Shown in pieces: positions 25,916-34,506 of a stretch of DNA of 36,183 nt. Position numbers and translations under genes: made by a program. The stretch is from Minisyncoccia bacterium (GTDB taxonomy: Bacteria > Patescibacteriota > Minisyncoccia > Phycocordibacterales > JAKFXT01): contig JBGPJO010000006.1 in NCBI GenBank assembly GCA_041485465.1, positions 1-36,183 on the forward strand, written 5' to 3'. The notes under the pieces are model-generated. The model was not told the DNA's origin. It saw only the letters and a program-made list of their open reading frames with translations, and made no database searches. The first letter of the stretch is position 1; every line of letters starts with the position of its first letter.

Positions 25916-25927
25916 TGAAGTAGAAAT

Positions 25928-26347
25928 TTACATTCGCACTCCGCCCATCGGGGAAGTACCCCCGGTTGCGCTCATAGGCATACCGCTTCCGCCCTTTAGC
26001 ATAAAGCCAAGTGCGACGAGTATGACACCGAGTACCACGTGAAGCAAATGATCTGCCATGTTCGTCTCAACCAATCCAAGAATTAATCCGCCCGAGGGAA
26101 CCAGGATAAATCCGAGGACCGCGACCAAAAGGTATATGATACCGAAGACTTTCATAGCGAGCGCCGCTGAACTTTCGTACATTAGCGCGACGACGATAAG
26201 GACAATGCCGATTGCAAGATGCACGAGGTCATGGATATGGTTGGTGTCGAAAAGTGCCCCCGCTCCGACGATCGGATTCGGGATCCATCCCAAAATACCG
26301 ACAAGAACGAATATCACTCCAAACACCAACGCCGCTGTTTTTGCCAT
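25928..26347 (-). CDS. DUF4383-like membrane protein
   Basis: FGVIFVLVGILG, NHIHDLVHLAIG, GIIYLLVAVLG, NMADHLLH; promoter TTGAGA-N16-TATCCT (26404-26431). Confidence 0.8.
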   Translation of the reverse strand: MAKTAALVFGVIFVLVGILGWIPNPIVGAGALFDTNHIHDLVHLAIGIVLIVVALMYESSAALAMKVFGIIYLLVAVLGFILVPSGGLILGLVETNMADHLLHVVLGVILVALGFMLKGGSGMPMSATGGTSPMGGVRM

Positions 26348-26474
26348 AGTTGTTGATTACATTATTATTTAAAGATCGACCTTTTCTTTATCGAGTCTCT
26401 CTTAGGATAACAAAACGTGGAGGCTTCTCAAGCCCTGTTGTTGATAATCGCGCCTTCCGTGCTAGAGTTAAAAG

Positions 26475-26879
26475 ATGATGGAAGATAACGGTTTTTCGGA
26501 AGAAAAAATCGGTTCAAAAATAGTGCACTATTACGGTGACTATCTGCGTCGTCTCTTTGTCGGGGGAGCCGTCCTGTCTCTCCTCGTCCTGCCATTTTAT
26601 CAGAGCCTCATCCCAAGTCTCTCTTTCAGGGGAGTGATAGCGCTCATGCTTGTCATTATTGTCTTTGCCGGCATTACTAATCCGCGGCAGAAATTTACCG
26701 CCTGGGCAGATCTTTTGATTTCGGCGATTCTTTTTATAGTTTTTGAATACTACACAGTCTCAGAGTATGCGGTTGACGACATAACGCTCTCGCTCATTCG
26801 CGGCGTCATTGGCCTCGTATTCGTCTTTTCTCTTTACTACAGTGCGAAAACGGTTCGCGGCCTTTCGGTGCGGTCTTAA
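26475..26879 (+). CDS. Hypothetical four-TM membrane protein
   Basis: HYYGD...AGITNP...YYSAKTVRG; promoter TTGATA-N16-TAGAGT ends 6 nt upstream. Confidence 0.8.
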   Translation: MMEDNGFSEEKIGSKIVHYYGDYLRRLFVGGAVLSLLVLPFYQSLIPSLSFRGVIALMLVIIVFAGITNPRQKFTAWADLLISAILFIVFEYYTVSEYAVDDITLSLIRGVIGLVFVFSLYYSAKTVRGLSVRS

Positions 26880-26900
26880 AAAACAGAATTAAAAAAATAT

Positions 26901-29900
26901 TTACGCGTTTCCATGAAGGCGTCTTACTTTGGGGGACCGGTAGAAAAGGACGGGTATGAAAATGAGGGAGAGCACCATCGAGAAGGTCAGTCCGAACATG
27001 ATCGTAAAGGCGATCGGACCCCAGAGGGCGGACGCGCCGGCAAGCGGCACCATGCCGACAACCGTTGTTACGGTGGTAAGAACAATCGGACGAAGTCTCG
27101 TTGCGGCGGATTCAACGACGATATCAATCAAAGATTCGGTTTTGTGATCGGCGAGGTAGTGAACCATTGAATCGAGAAGAATGATAGCGTGATTGATAAT
27201 AATGCCGGCAAGCGCGATAAAGCCGAGTATCGAGGGGAATGAAAGCGGCTTGAACGAAATGGCAAGTCCGGTCATAACGCCGATCAGGGAAAGCGGAACA
27301 ATTACAATGAGGTAGCTGGTATACCTGAATGAATTGAAGACAAGAACAAGGATACCGAGCATTAAGACAAGGCCTGCGACAAGCGCTATGAACATTTCGC
27401 GGAAGGATTTGTTGACGTCGTCATTTTCTCCGGCAAAAGCAACCGTTACACCATCGGGGATATGGAGCTCGGATTTCTTTTTATCAAAGGCGCTATTGAT
27501 TTCGGGCGCGGTTACGCCCACTTTGAGGTCGCTTGAAACGGTGATGATCCGCTTTTTGTCTTCATGATTAATAACGGCGTTACTCTTTTGAATGGTCGCA
27601 GTAATAACAGAACCAAGAAGCACGGGACCATTTTGAGTCTCAATCGGAATTTGCCGTAACGCGTCGATTGTCGCCTCGGTCGTGGTGTCAGGATTGGTAT
27701 CGCCGTTTAAATTAAGTTTGACGACAACATCGATGTCTTTGCCGACCGTTTTTATGGTCGTTGCGATCGTGCCATTAACCGCACTACGCAGTGTCTGCGC
27801 GATAACCTGCGGATTAAGGCCGAGTTCTGAGGCTTTGGCCCGATCGACGGTGAGCGCGAACTCGGTACCCCCGTTCGTATTTGAGGTATTGATATTAATT
27901 GTGCCGGGAATATTCTGAAGTATATGTTCGACGTTTATCGCCGTCTGGTCGAGATCGCCGAAATCTTCCCCGGTGATTTTAATCAAAACGGGTGCACCCG
28001 AGGGCGGGCCATTATTAGGCTCCTCGACCCTAATATCCGCTGACTTAATCGTTGAGACTTCTTTGCGGATTGCCTCAACCATCTCAGCGCTTGTGCGCGT
28101 GCGGTCTTTTTTATTGATAAGATTAATAGTGATATTTGCGATTTTTGCGCCGCTTGCAGGGGTAGTGCTAAAAGAAGAACTTTGCCCGACCGTCGTCACG
28201 AACGAAGCTATTTCAGGGAATTTCTTACGGTCATAGAGGATTTCTTCGATTTGCCGTATCGCTTGATCGGTATAGGCAAGTGGCGTACCTTCAGGCTTTT
28301 GAAGTTCTATATAGAGATAATCAATATTATCTTGCGGGAAAAACGTCACCTTGACGATCCCGACTATTGGAAACGAAAGGGTAATAACGAATAAGATGCC
28401 GACTACCCACAAAAACCGTTTCTGGACGCGTTTATTCTCGAGAATGTTTCTGAGAAATTTCTTATACCATTCCCGGACGATATCATTGTAGCTCTCCTGG
28501 AGCGCCTCAAAGCGGTTGAGGGAGCGCTTGGTGAAAAGTATGGCAATTAAGGGAACGATGCCGAGCGCGACAAAGATTGAAGCGAGCAGTACGAAAATGA
28601 TGGTAAAGGGAATACTTGCAATAAATTGCCCGGTAATGCCCGAGATGAAAAAGAGCGGCACGAAAACGGCAACCGTTGTCATTGTTCCGGCAAACAGAGG
28701 CCATGAGTATTCCCGTAGTGAGGCAATCGCCGCTTCCCGCGCGTCCCCGAATTTTTTATAGCGGGTATGTATCGCTTCCGTCATGACAATGCCGGAGTCA
28801 ACGAGAATACCGATTGCAAGAATAAGAGAAAAAAGAGAAACGAAGTTGATGCTGTTGCCCGAATATAAAAGGCCGACGAATGCCATCAGGAATGAAAGGG
28901 GAATGGCAAGCCCAGCAACCACCGATTCACGCCAGCCGATCGTGAGAAAGAGGACGAGCATGACGAGGAGAACGGTCTCAAGACCGACGCGGGAGAGTTC
29001 GGTGAGATCTTTTTGAACTAAGTCGCCGCGATCGAATGATATAACAACCTGGCTTCCCGAAAGAGTTGTCTTTTTAAGGTCGTTTAATTTACTTTTTACA
29101 TTGCTTGAAATTTTTGTGACATCACCGCCGCTTCGTTTAAAAACGGAAAGAGTGAGTGCTTGTTCGGACGGTACGCCCTTCAAAGAAACACGAGAGAAGG
29201 TCGTCGCTTTTTCAAGTCCGTCCGAGACAAGGGCGACATCGCGGACGTAAATAGGCGTGCCATTTTTAGTGGTAAGGACGATATCGCCGATTTCTGAAGG
29301 ATTGTCGATTGAGCCGTTGAACTTCACGGCGTAATCGATACCGTCAACGGTGATTGAGCCGATCGGAAGGGATGCGTTTGCGGCAGAAAGGGCTGAAATA
29401 ACATCGACAAGGCGAATACCGTAGGTATCGAGAGCTTCTTTACGGACAACAACTTGCGCTTGCCGGTCGCGAACGCCGGACACCTCGACTCTTGATACGC
29501 CCCCAACCGTTTTCAGCTCTTCTTTAAGAGTATCCCCAAGTCTGACAAGGTCGGGGGGCGTGATGTCGGACGAAATTGAGACGATCAGAATTGGCTGATC
29601 GCTGAAACTGACTTTGGTGACAATCGGACTGTTCGCTTCTTTCGGCAGGTCCGGCTTTGCCCGGTCAACAGCATCTTTAAGATCGTTGATTGATTTATCG
29701 ATATCGGCGCTTGCCAAAAACTGAACCGAGATAATGGAAACACCCTCACGCGAACTTGAAGTCAGTTTATCGAGATTGTCGACATTGTTGACCTCATCTT
29801 CTATTTTATTGGTGATCAGTTTTTCCGTGTCTTCAGCGGAAGCTCCGGGAAGGGTTGTGGTAACAATTCCAATCGGCACTTTCACTTCAGGAGCCGACTC

Positions 29901-30005
29901 CTTCGGAATAGTGAGAAGCGCATAGCTTCCGGAAACGATGAGCGCCGTGATGAGGATATAGCTGAAAGCCCTTTTGTCTATGAAGAATGTCCAAAACGGG
30001 GTCAT
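26901..30005 (-). CDS. RND efflux transporter permease (AcrB/SwrC family)
   Basis: 1034 aa, two repeats; PGASAE, LAIGILVDSGIV, TTVAVFVP, FFPQD, TRLRPIVLT. Confidence 0.93.
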   Translation of the reverse strand: MTPFWTFFIDKRAFSYILITALIVSGSYALLTIPKESAPEVKVPIGIVTTTLPGASAEDTEKLITNKIEDEVNNVDNLDKLTSSSREGVSIISVQFLASADIDKSINDLKDAVDRAKPDLPKEANSPIVTKVSFSDQPILIVSISSDITPPDLVRLGDTLKEELKTVGGVSRVEVSGVRDRQAQVVVRKEALDTYGIRLVDVISALSAANASLPIGSITVDGIDYAVKFNGSIDNPSEIGDIVLTTKNGTPIYVRDVALVSDGLEKATTFSRVSLKGVPSEQALTLSVFKRSGGDVTKISSNVKSKLNDLKKTTLSGSQVVISFDRGDLVQKDLTELSRVGLETVLLVMLVLFLTIGWRESVVAGLAIPLSFLMAFVGLLYSGNSINFVSLFSLILAIGILVDSGIVMTEAIHTRYKKFGDAREAAIASLREYSWPLFAGTMTTVAVFVPLFFISGITGQFIASIPFTIIFVLLASIFVALGIVPLIAILFTKRSLNRFEALQESYNDIVREWYKKFLRNILENKRVQKRFLWVVGILFVITLSFPIVGIVKVTFFPQDNIDYLYIELQKPEGTPLAYTDQAIRQIEEILYDRKKFPEIASFVTTVGQSSSFSTTPASGAKIANITINLINKKDRTRTSAEMVEAIRKEVSTIKSADIRVEEPNNGPPSGAPVLIKITGEDFGDLDQTAINVEHILQNIPGTININTSNTNGGTEFALTVDRAKASELGLNPQVIAQTLRSAVNGTIATTIKTVGKDIDVVVKLNLNGDTNPDTTTEATIDALRQIPIETQNGPVLLGSVITATIQKSNAVINHEDKKRIITVSSDLKVGVTAPEINSAFDKKKSELHIPDGVTVAFAGENDDVNKSFREMFIALVAGLVLMLGILVLVFNSFRYTSYLIVIVPLSLIGVMTGLAISFKPLSFPSILGFIALAGIIINHAIILLDSMVHYLADHKTESLIDIVVESAATRLRPIVLTTVTTVVGMVPLAGASALWGPIAFTIMFGLTFSMVLSLIFIPVLFYRSPKVRRLHGNA

Positions 30006-31603
30006 TATTGCTTTATCGTTACAGTGTCGCCCGCCTTAAGACCCCGAGCATCGGTCACGATAACCATCTCTCCTGTTACTCCGTTTAGAATAACGATGCT
30101 CTCTCCAAGAAGTGCTCCGGTCGTGACGGGGTTTCCCTTTAAGACACCGCCTTCAATGGTGAACACTTCCGGTCCCTCGGTTGCAATCTTGATTGCCGAA
30201 ATCGGGAGACTGATGAGCGCTCGCGCAGTTTCGACAGGCGCTTTTCTTTCGATCGCTACCTGGATTGATTCTCCGTTTACAAGATTTTTTGCATCTCCCG
30301 TGATGCCAATCCTCACTTCTATTTTTTTGGTATTGGGATCAAGTGCCGGGGCGACTCTTGTTACTACCCCAGAAATACCGTCATTGATCAAAGTGGCGGC
30401 TCCGACTGCAATTTCACGGGCGTCTCCTTCGGTGATGTACGCCCTGATTTCAAGCGCGCCATTATTTGAAACCACGGCGACTTCTTGAAACGAAGTAACA
30501 AAATCACCTCGCTCAAGAGAAAAGCTGTTAAGCGTACCGGAGATGGGACTCCTAATAATTGTTTTTTCGAGATTTACTTCGGCAAGTTGGAGCGAGGCTT
30601 GTGCCTGTTCCACGGCGGCGTTTGAGGTCGTCTCTTGCCCCGCCCCCGATTGCTTCTGAGCGATGTCGTATTGGGCTTGTTTTGCTGTAAGATTGTCTTT
30701 TGCGGCGGAGAGTGAAGCGAGAGAGGCGCTGAGCGAGGTTCGCACCCCGGTAACCGTTACTTTATAAGCGTCGATTGTCGCCTGAGGAATCGTCTGGCTT
30801 TGAGCGCTTTGGTTTAATCCGAGAGCAATGTCATCGGCAAGGGCTTTGACATAGCGAAGTTCGGTGTCAGCCTGATTGATCTCTTTTTGAAGATCGCTGG
30901 TAACAGTAATGGAGTTTCTCCGCGAAGTTTCGGCTTTCCATATATCTCCGGTCTTCAGTCGTTCGAAATTTATATTGAGGAGCAGTTGATTGTTTGAGAT
31001 TAAAATAAGGAATTTAGGATCGGAGAGGCTGGCATCCGAAAACATGGGATCAATTTTTGTCCGGATGCCGTCATCAACGCTGTCGTACGCGCTCAAGAGA
31101 GTGTTAATCGTATTTACTTTCGCTTGGGTAAGAATATCGGCCTGATTTAGCCCTGAAATTAGGGAGATACCAGCTGAAGCCTCAGCGCTCTTCAAGAGAG
31201 CTTCAGCCTGCGCAACTCCCGCTCTTTCGCGGCTGTTTTCGATTTCGGCGATAATACCACCTGCCGGAACGAAATCGCCGAGCTTGTGATAGACGCTTAC
31301 GATCTCACCCGATCCTTCAGCTCGTATGGTTGCTTCGGAAACCGACGTCACCGTGCCGATTAAGGGAAGGGGACTTCGTTTTGAAGCGAGTTCTAAGACG
31401 GAAGCGGTTGTTACTTGGTGTTCATTTTGACTGAAATCATCAAGTACCTGTCCTTTGCTGTGAAAAATTTGATATCCTCCTATCCCGAGGAGGACGACAA
31501 CTACCAATCCAATAATGCCCTTTATCGTCGTCATTTTTCGAACGTCTAAAATACTCTTTAAAACAACCCCGCCCGAAGAAAGAATTTTTTTTATAAATTG
31601 CAT
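30005..31603 (-). CDS. RND adaptor (membrane fusion protein) with long alpha-hairpin
   Basis: N-terminal TM; lipoyl halves GEIVSVYHKLGDFV and IRSPISG...RGDFV; GLKAGDTV; 1-nt overlap with the RND gene. Confidence 0.88.
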   Translation of the reverse strand: MQFIKKILSSGGVVLKSILDVRKMTTIKGIIGLVVVVLLGIGGYQIFHSKGQVLDDFSQNEHQVTTASVLELASKRSPLPLIGTVTSVSEATIRAEGSGEIVSVYHKLGDFVPAGGIIAEIENSRERAGVAQAEALLKSAEASAGISLISGLNQADILTQAKVNTINTLLSAYDSVDDGIRTKIDPMFSDASLSDPKFLILISNNQLLLNINFERLKTGDIWKAETSRRNSITVTSDLQKEINQADTELRYVKALADDIALGLNQSAQSQTIPQATIDAYKVTVTGVRTSLSASLASLSAAKDNLTAKQAQYDIAQKQSGAGQETTSNAAVEQAQASLQLAEVNLEKTIIRSPISGTLNSFSLERGDFVTSFQEVAVVSNNGALEIRAYITEGDAREIAVGAATLINDGISGVVTRVAPALDPNTKKIEVRIGITGDAKNLVNGESIQVAIERKAPVETARALISLPISAIKIATEGPEVFTIEGGVLKGNPVTTGALLGESIVILNGVTGEMVIVTDARGLKAGDTVTIKQ

Positions 31604-31750
31604 GATCTTAAATGCCTATACAGGGCTCTCTCTTTATACTAATTTGATAAATCCAAATTAACATGAAAACACGTTTACGTCAATAGTTTCCTGTTGCCTA
31701 ATATTTTTCCACAGTGGAAGTACAATTTTATTTGTTACACTCTGATGACG

Positions 31751-32335
31751 ATGGTAAAACGAAAGATCCTTATTCTCTTGGGATCGGAGGACAAAGAAAC
31801 GACTGCTGGCATGTTTGCCGAAGCTTATGAACGTGGAGCGAGAGCGCGGGGACATGACGTGCACCGAATAAATATAGGTGATTTAAGATTTGATCCACTT
31901 CTTCATAAAGGCTACAAGGTCATTCAAGAACTCGAACCGGATTTGAAAAAATTTCAGGAAGAGGTCAGATGGTCGGAACACCTCGTCGTAATTTATCCTA
32001 ATTGGTGGTCAACAATGCCCGCGATTCTGAAAGGCTTGTTTGATCGGGCATGGCTTCCGGGATTCGCGTTTCATTTTAGGAAAGACAAAGCGTATCTTTG
32101 GGACAAGCTTTTGAAAGGGCGCTCCGCTCGCGTCATGATTACGATGAACGCCGCACCCTGGCTTGAGAGAATTGCGATAGGGGATTACACGAATGAAATC
32201 AGAAATGGCATTTTAAAATTTGCTGGATTTTCACCGGTGCGGCTTTCGACATTTGGTCCCGTTGAGAGAGCGACAGATAGCCAGCGACAAGCGTGGCTCA
32301 AGAAAGTGGAACAGACGGGGAGAGACGGAGATTAA
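31751..32335 (+). CDS. NAD(P)H-dependent oxidoreductase, flavodoxin-like fold (MdaB/NQO family)
   Basis: FDPLLHKGY...LEPDL, YPNWWSTMPAILKGLFDR, PGFAF, LLKGRSAR; start 31745 or 31751. Confidence 0.88.
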   Translation: MVKRKILILLGSEDKETTAGMFAEAYERGARARGHDVHRINIGDLRFDPLLHKGYKVIQELEPDLKKFQEEVRWSEHLVVIYPNWWSTMPAILKGLFDRAWLPGFAFHFRKDKAYLWDKLLKGRSARVMITMNAAPWLERIAIGDYTNEIRNGILKFAGFSPVRLSTFGPVERATDSQRQAWLKKVEQTGRDGD

Positions 32336-32372
32336 AGTTTTTGATTTCTGATTTTTCTGTTACTCTCTCGCT

Positions 32373-33470
32373 ATGTCTTTATCAATTGGCATTGTCGGGC
32401 TTCCGAATGTGGGGAAGTCGACCTTATTCAACGGGCTGACCAAAAAATCGGTTGATGCGGCTAACTATCCTTTCTGCACCATCGACCCGTCGGTTGGTGT
32501 TGTTGCCGTACCCGATGAAAGGCTTTGGAAGCTCTCTCAATTTTCAAAATCAAAAAAAACGATCCCTGCGGCGGTTGAATTCGTCGATATCGCCGGGCTC
32601 GTGAAAGGAGCGTCTGAAGGACAGGGATTGGGAAATAAGTTTCTCGCCAACATCCGCGAGACAGACGCCATTCTTGAAGTTGTCAGAATTTTTGAGGATC
32701 CCGATATCATTCATGTTGAGAATAAGATAAATCCCAAAAACGATGTCGAGGTTATTAATCTTGAGCTTATCCTCGCCGATCTTCAGACAGTCGAGAAAAG
32801 GCTCGTCTCTATTGCGCGTGATGCCAAGCGGCGGGATAAGGAAGCGATTATCGAGGAATCCGCGCTTCGCAAATTTGAGGCAGTGTTAAAGAAAGGGGAG
32901 CTTGCAAACACCGCCGCACTTGATGATAAAGAAAAGGAAAAAGCAAAAACACTACAGCTCCTGACCATCAAGCCGATTCTCTACGCGCTTAATAAAAAAG
33001 CGGGAGGAAAAAACCTGGATGAAATGGACAATCCCCGTTTTCATGAATTGACGGCGTATTTGAAAAGTATGGGATCGGAGTATGTACTTATAGATGCAAA
33101 AATTCAAGAAGATTTAAAAGATTTTTCGGATGAAGAGCGCCTAACGTTTCAAAAAGAACTTGGAAGCGCTGATGGAGGCATCGATCTTCTTATAAAAAAG
33201 GGTTATGAGATTTTGGATTTGATTACATTCTTCACGACGGGGGAGGATGAAACGCGGGCCTGGACGATAAAAAGAAATACCAACGGGAAGGATGCGGGAG
33301 CGGCAATACACGGTGATTTTCGCGATAAATTCATCCGTGCCGAAATTATTCACTGGGACGAACTTTTGGGTGCCGGATCTTACGCTTCAGCGCGCGAAAA
33401 AGGCTTGATCCGGACGGAGGGGAAGGAGTATATAGTGAAAGACGGCGACGTCATTGAGTTTAAGATATAG
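32373..33470 (+). CDS. ychF: Redox-regulated ATPase YchF
   Basis: [56 protein letters not shown]. Confidence 0.97.
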   Translation: MSLSIGIVGLPNVGKSTLFNGLTKKSVDAANYPFCTIDPSVGVVAVPDERLWKLSQFSKSKKTIPAAVEFVDIAGLVKGASEGQGLGNKFLANIRETDAILEVVRIFEDPDIIHVENKINPKNDVEVINLELILADLQTVEKRLVSIARDAKRRDKEAIIEESALRKFEAVLKKGELANTAALDDKEKEKAKTLQLLTIKPILYALNKKAGGKNLDEMDNPRFHELTAYLKSMGSEYVLIDAKIQEDLKDFSDEERLTFQKELGSADGGIDLLIKKGYEILDLITFFTTGEDETRAWTIKRNTNGKDAGAAIHGDFRDKFIRAEIIHWDELLGAGSYASAREKGLIRTEGKEYIVKDGDVIEFKI

Positions 33471-33490
33471 AAACGCTATAGTATCCTTAT

Positions 33491-34444
33491 ATGGAATTAA
33501 CCCAGACTAATTCTAAGGCTACCCCAAAAGACTTCTTTTTTTGGCTTGGCGTTCTCGTCACGCTTGGCACGAGCGTCTATTCTTTTATTGATGTCATTTT
33601 CTCCTCCATTAATTACGTTTTTCCCGACCTACTTTCGGCAGGCTATTACTCGGGCAATATGGCATACAGTATGGCCTCGCTCATCGTTGTTTTTCCGGTC
33701 TTTATTATCTTAATGCGGTTTATACGACAGGGTATCAAACGTGATTCGTCACGCGCCCTAACCTGGGTTCGCCGCTGGTCCCTCTTTTTCATTCTCTTTG
33801 CCGCCGCAGCCACGTTTGTGACCGATCTCATCGTTCTCATTTACACTTTCTTAAACGGCGAAGAACTGACCACCCGTTTCGTGCTTAAAGTTGTGGTGGT
33901 ACTTCTTGTTTCCGGCGGCGGGTTTCTTCACTTTCTTGCCGATCTGCGGGGCTACTGGGATCTCAATCAGAAAAAATCAGCTTCCGTTGTCTGGGGCGTT
34001 TCCGTACTTGTCGTTGCCGCACTTGGCACGGCCTTCTTCATTTTAGGATCGCCTGCGACTCAACGAGCTTTGCGTTTTGATGATCAGCGCGTGAGCGATC
34101 TTCAAAGTATCCAGTGGCAGGTAGTAAATTATTGGCAGCAGAAAAAGGCGCTTCCGAAGACCTTGGGAGATTTAAACGATCCGATCTCCGGCTTCTCCGT
34201 TCCTAAAGATCCGGAGGCGGGAGTTTCGTACGAATATTCAGGAGGTAAAGGCATGTCATTTCAACTATGTGCCACGTTTGATCGTGAAAGCCGCAGTACT
34301 CCTAGCGCTCAAACAAAGGCCGTACCTCTTTCAATCAGTCCGGAGGCGGAAAACTGGGCTCATGCAATCGGACGAGTGTGCTTTGATCGGGTGATCGATC
34401 CGGAGCGCTATCCGCCATTTCAGAAAACTCCCCCGGTGATGTAG
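33491..34444 (+). CDS. DUF5671-like membrane protein with pilin-like extracellular C-domain
   Basis: TPKDFF, ASLIVVFPVF, GEELTTRFVLK, GSPATQR...DDQRVSDL, PKDPE...YEY...FQLCATF. Confidence 0.78.
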   Translation: MELTQTNSKATPKDFFFWLGVLVTLGTSVYSFIDVIFSSINYVFPDLLSAGYYSGNMAYSMASLIVVFPVFIILMRFIRQGIKRDSSRALTWVRRWSLFFILFAAAATFVTDLIVLIYTFLNGEELTTRFVLKVVVVLLVSGGGFLHFLADLRGYWDLNQKKSASVVWGVSVLVVAALGTAFFILGSPATQRALRFDDQRVSDLQSIQWQVVNYWQQKKALPKTLGDLNDPISGFSVPKDPEAGVSYEYSGGKGMSFQLCATFDRESRSTPSAQTKAVPLSISPEAENWAHAIGRVCFDRVIDPERYPPFQKTPPVM

Positions 34445-34452
34445 CTGGTTTC

Positions 34453-34487
34453 GAAAAACGCCCCGTGTTTGCCCCGGGGCGTTTTTC
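34453..34487 (+). terminator. Intrinsic terminator
   Basis: GAAAAACGCCCCG / CGGGGCGTTTTTC inverted repeat followed by TCTTT. Confidence 0.8.
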
Positions 34488-34506
34488 TCTTTAGTATAGG
34501 GATTAC

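Noticed and set aside
26913-30488. Numerous plus-strand ORFs within the RND genes, and similar shadow ORFs across the window
   Set aside because: Antisense or alternative-frame shadows of well-supported genes, with no motifs.
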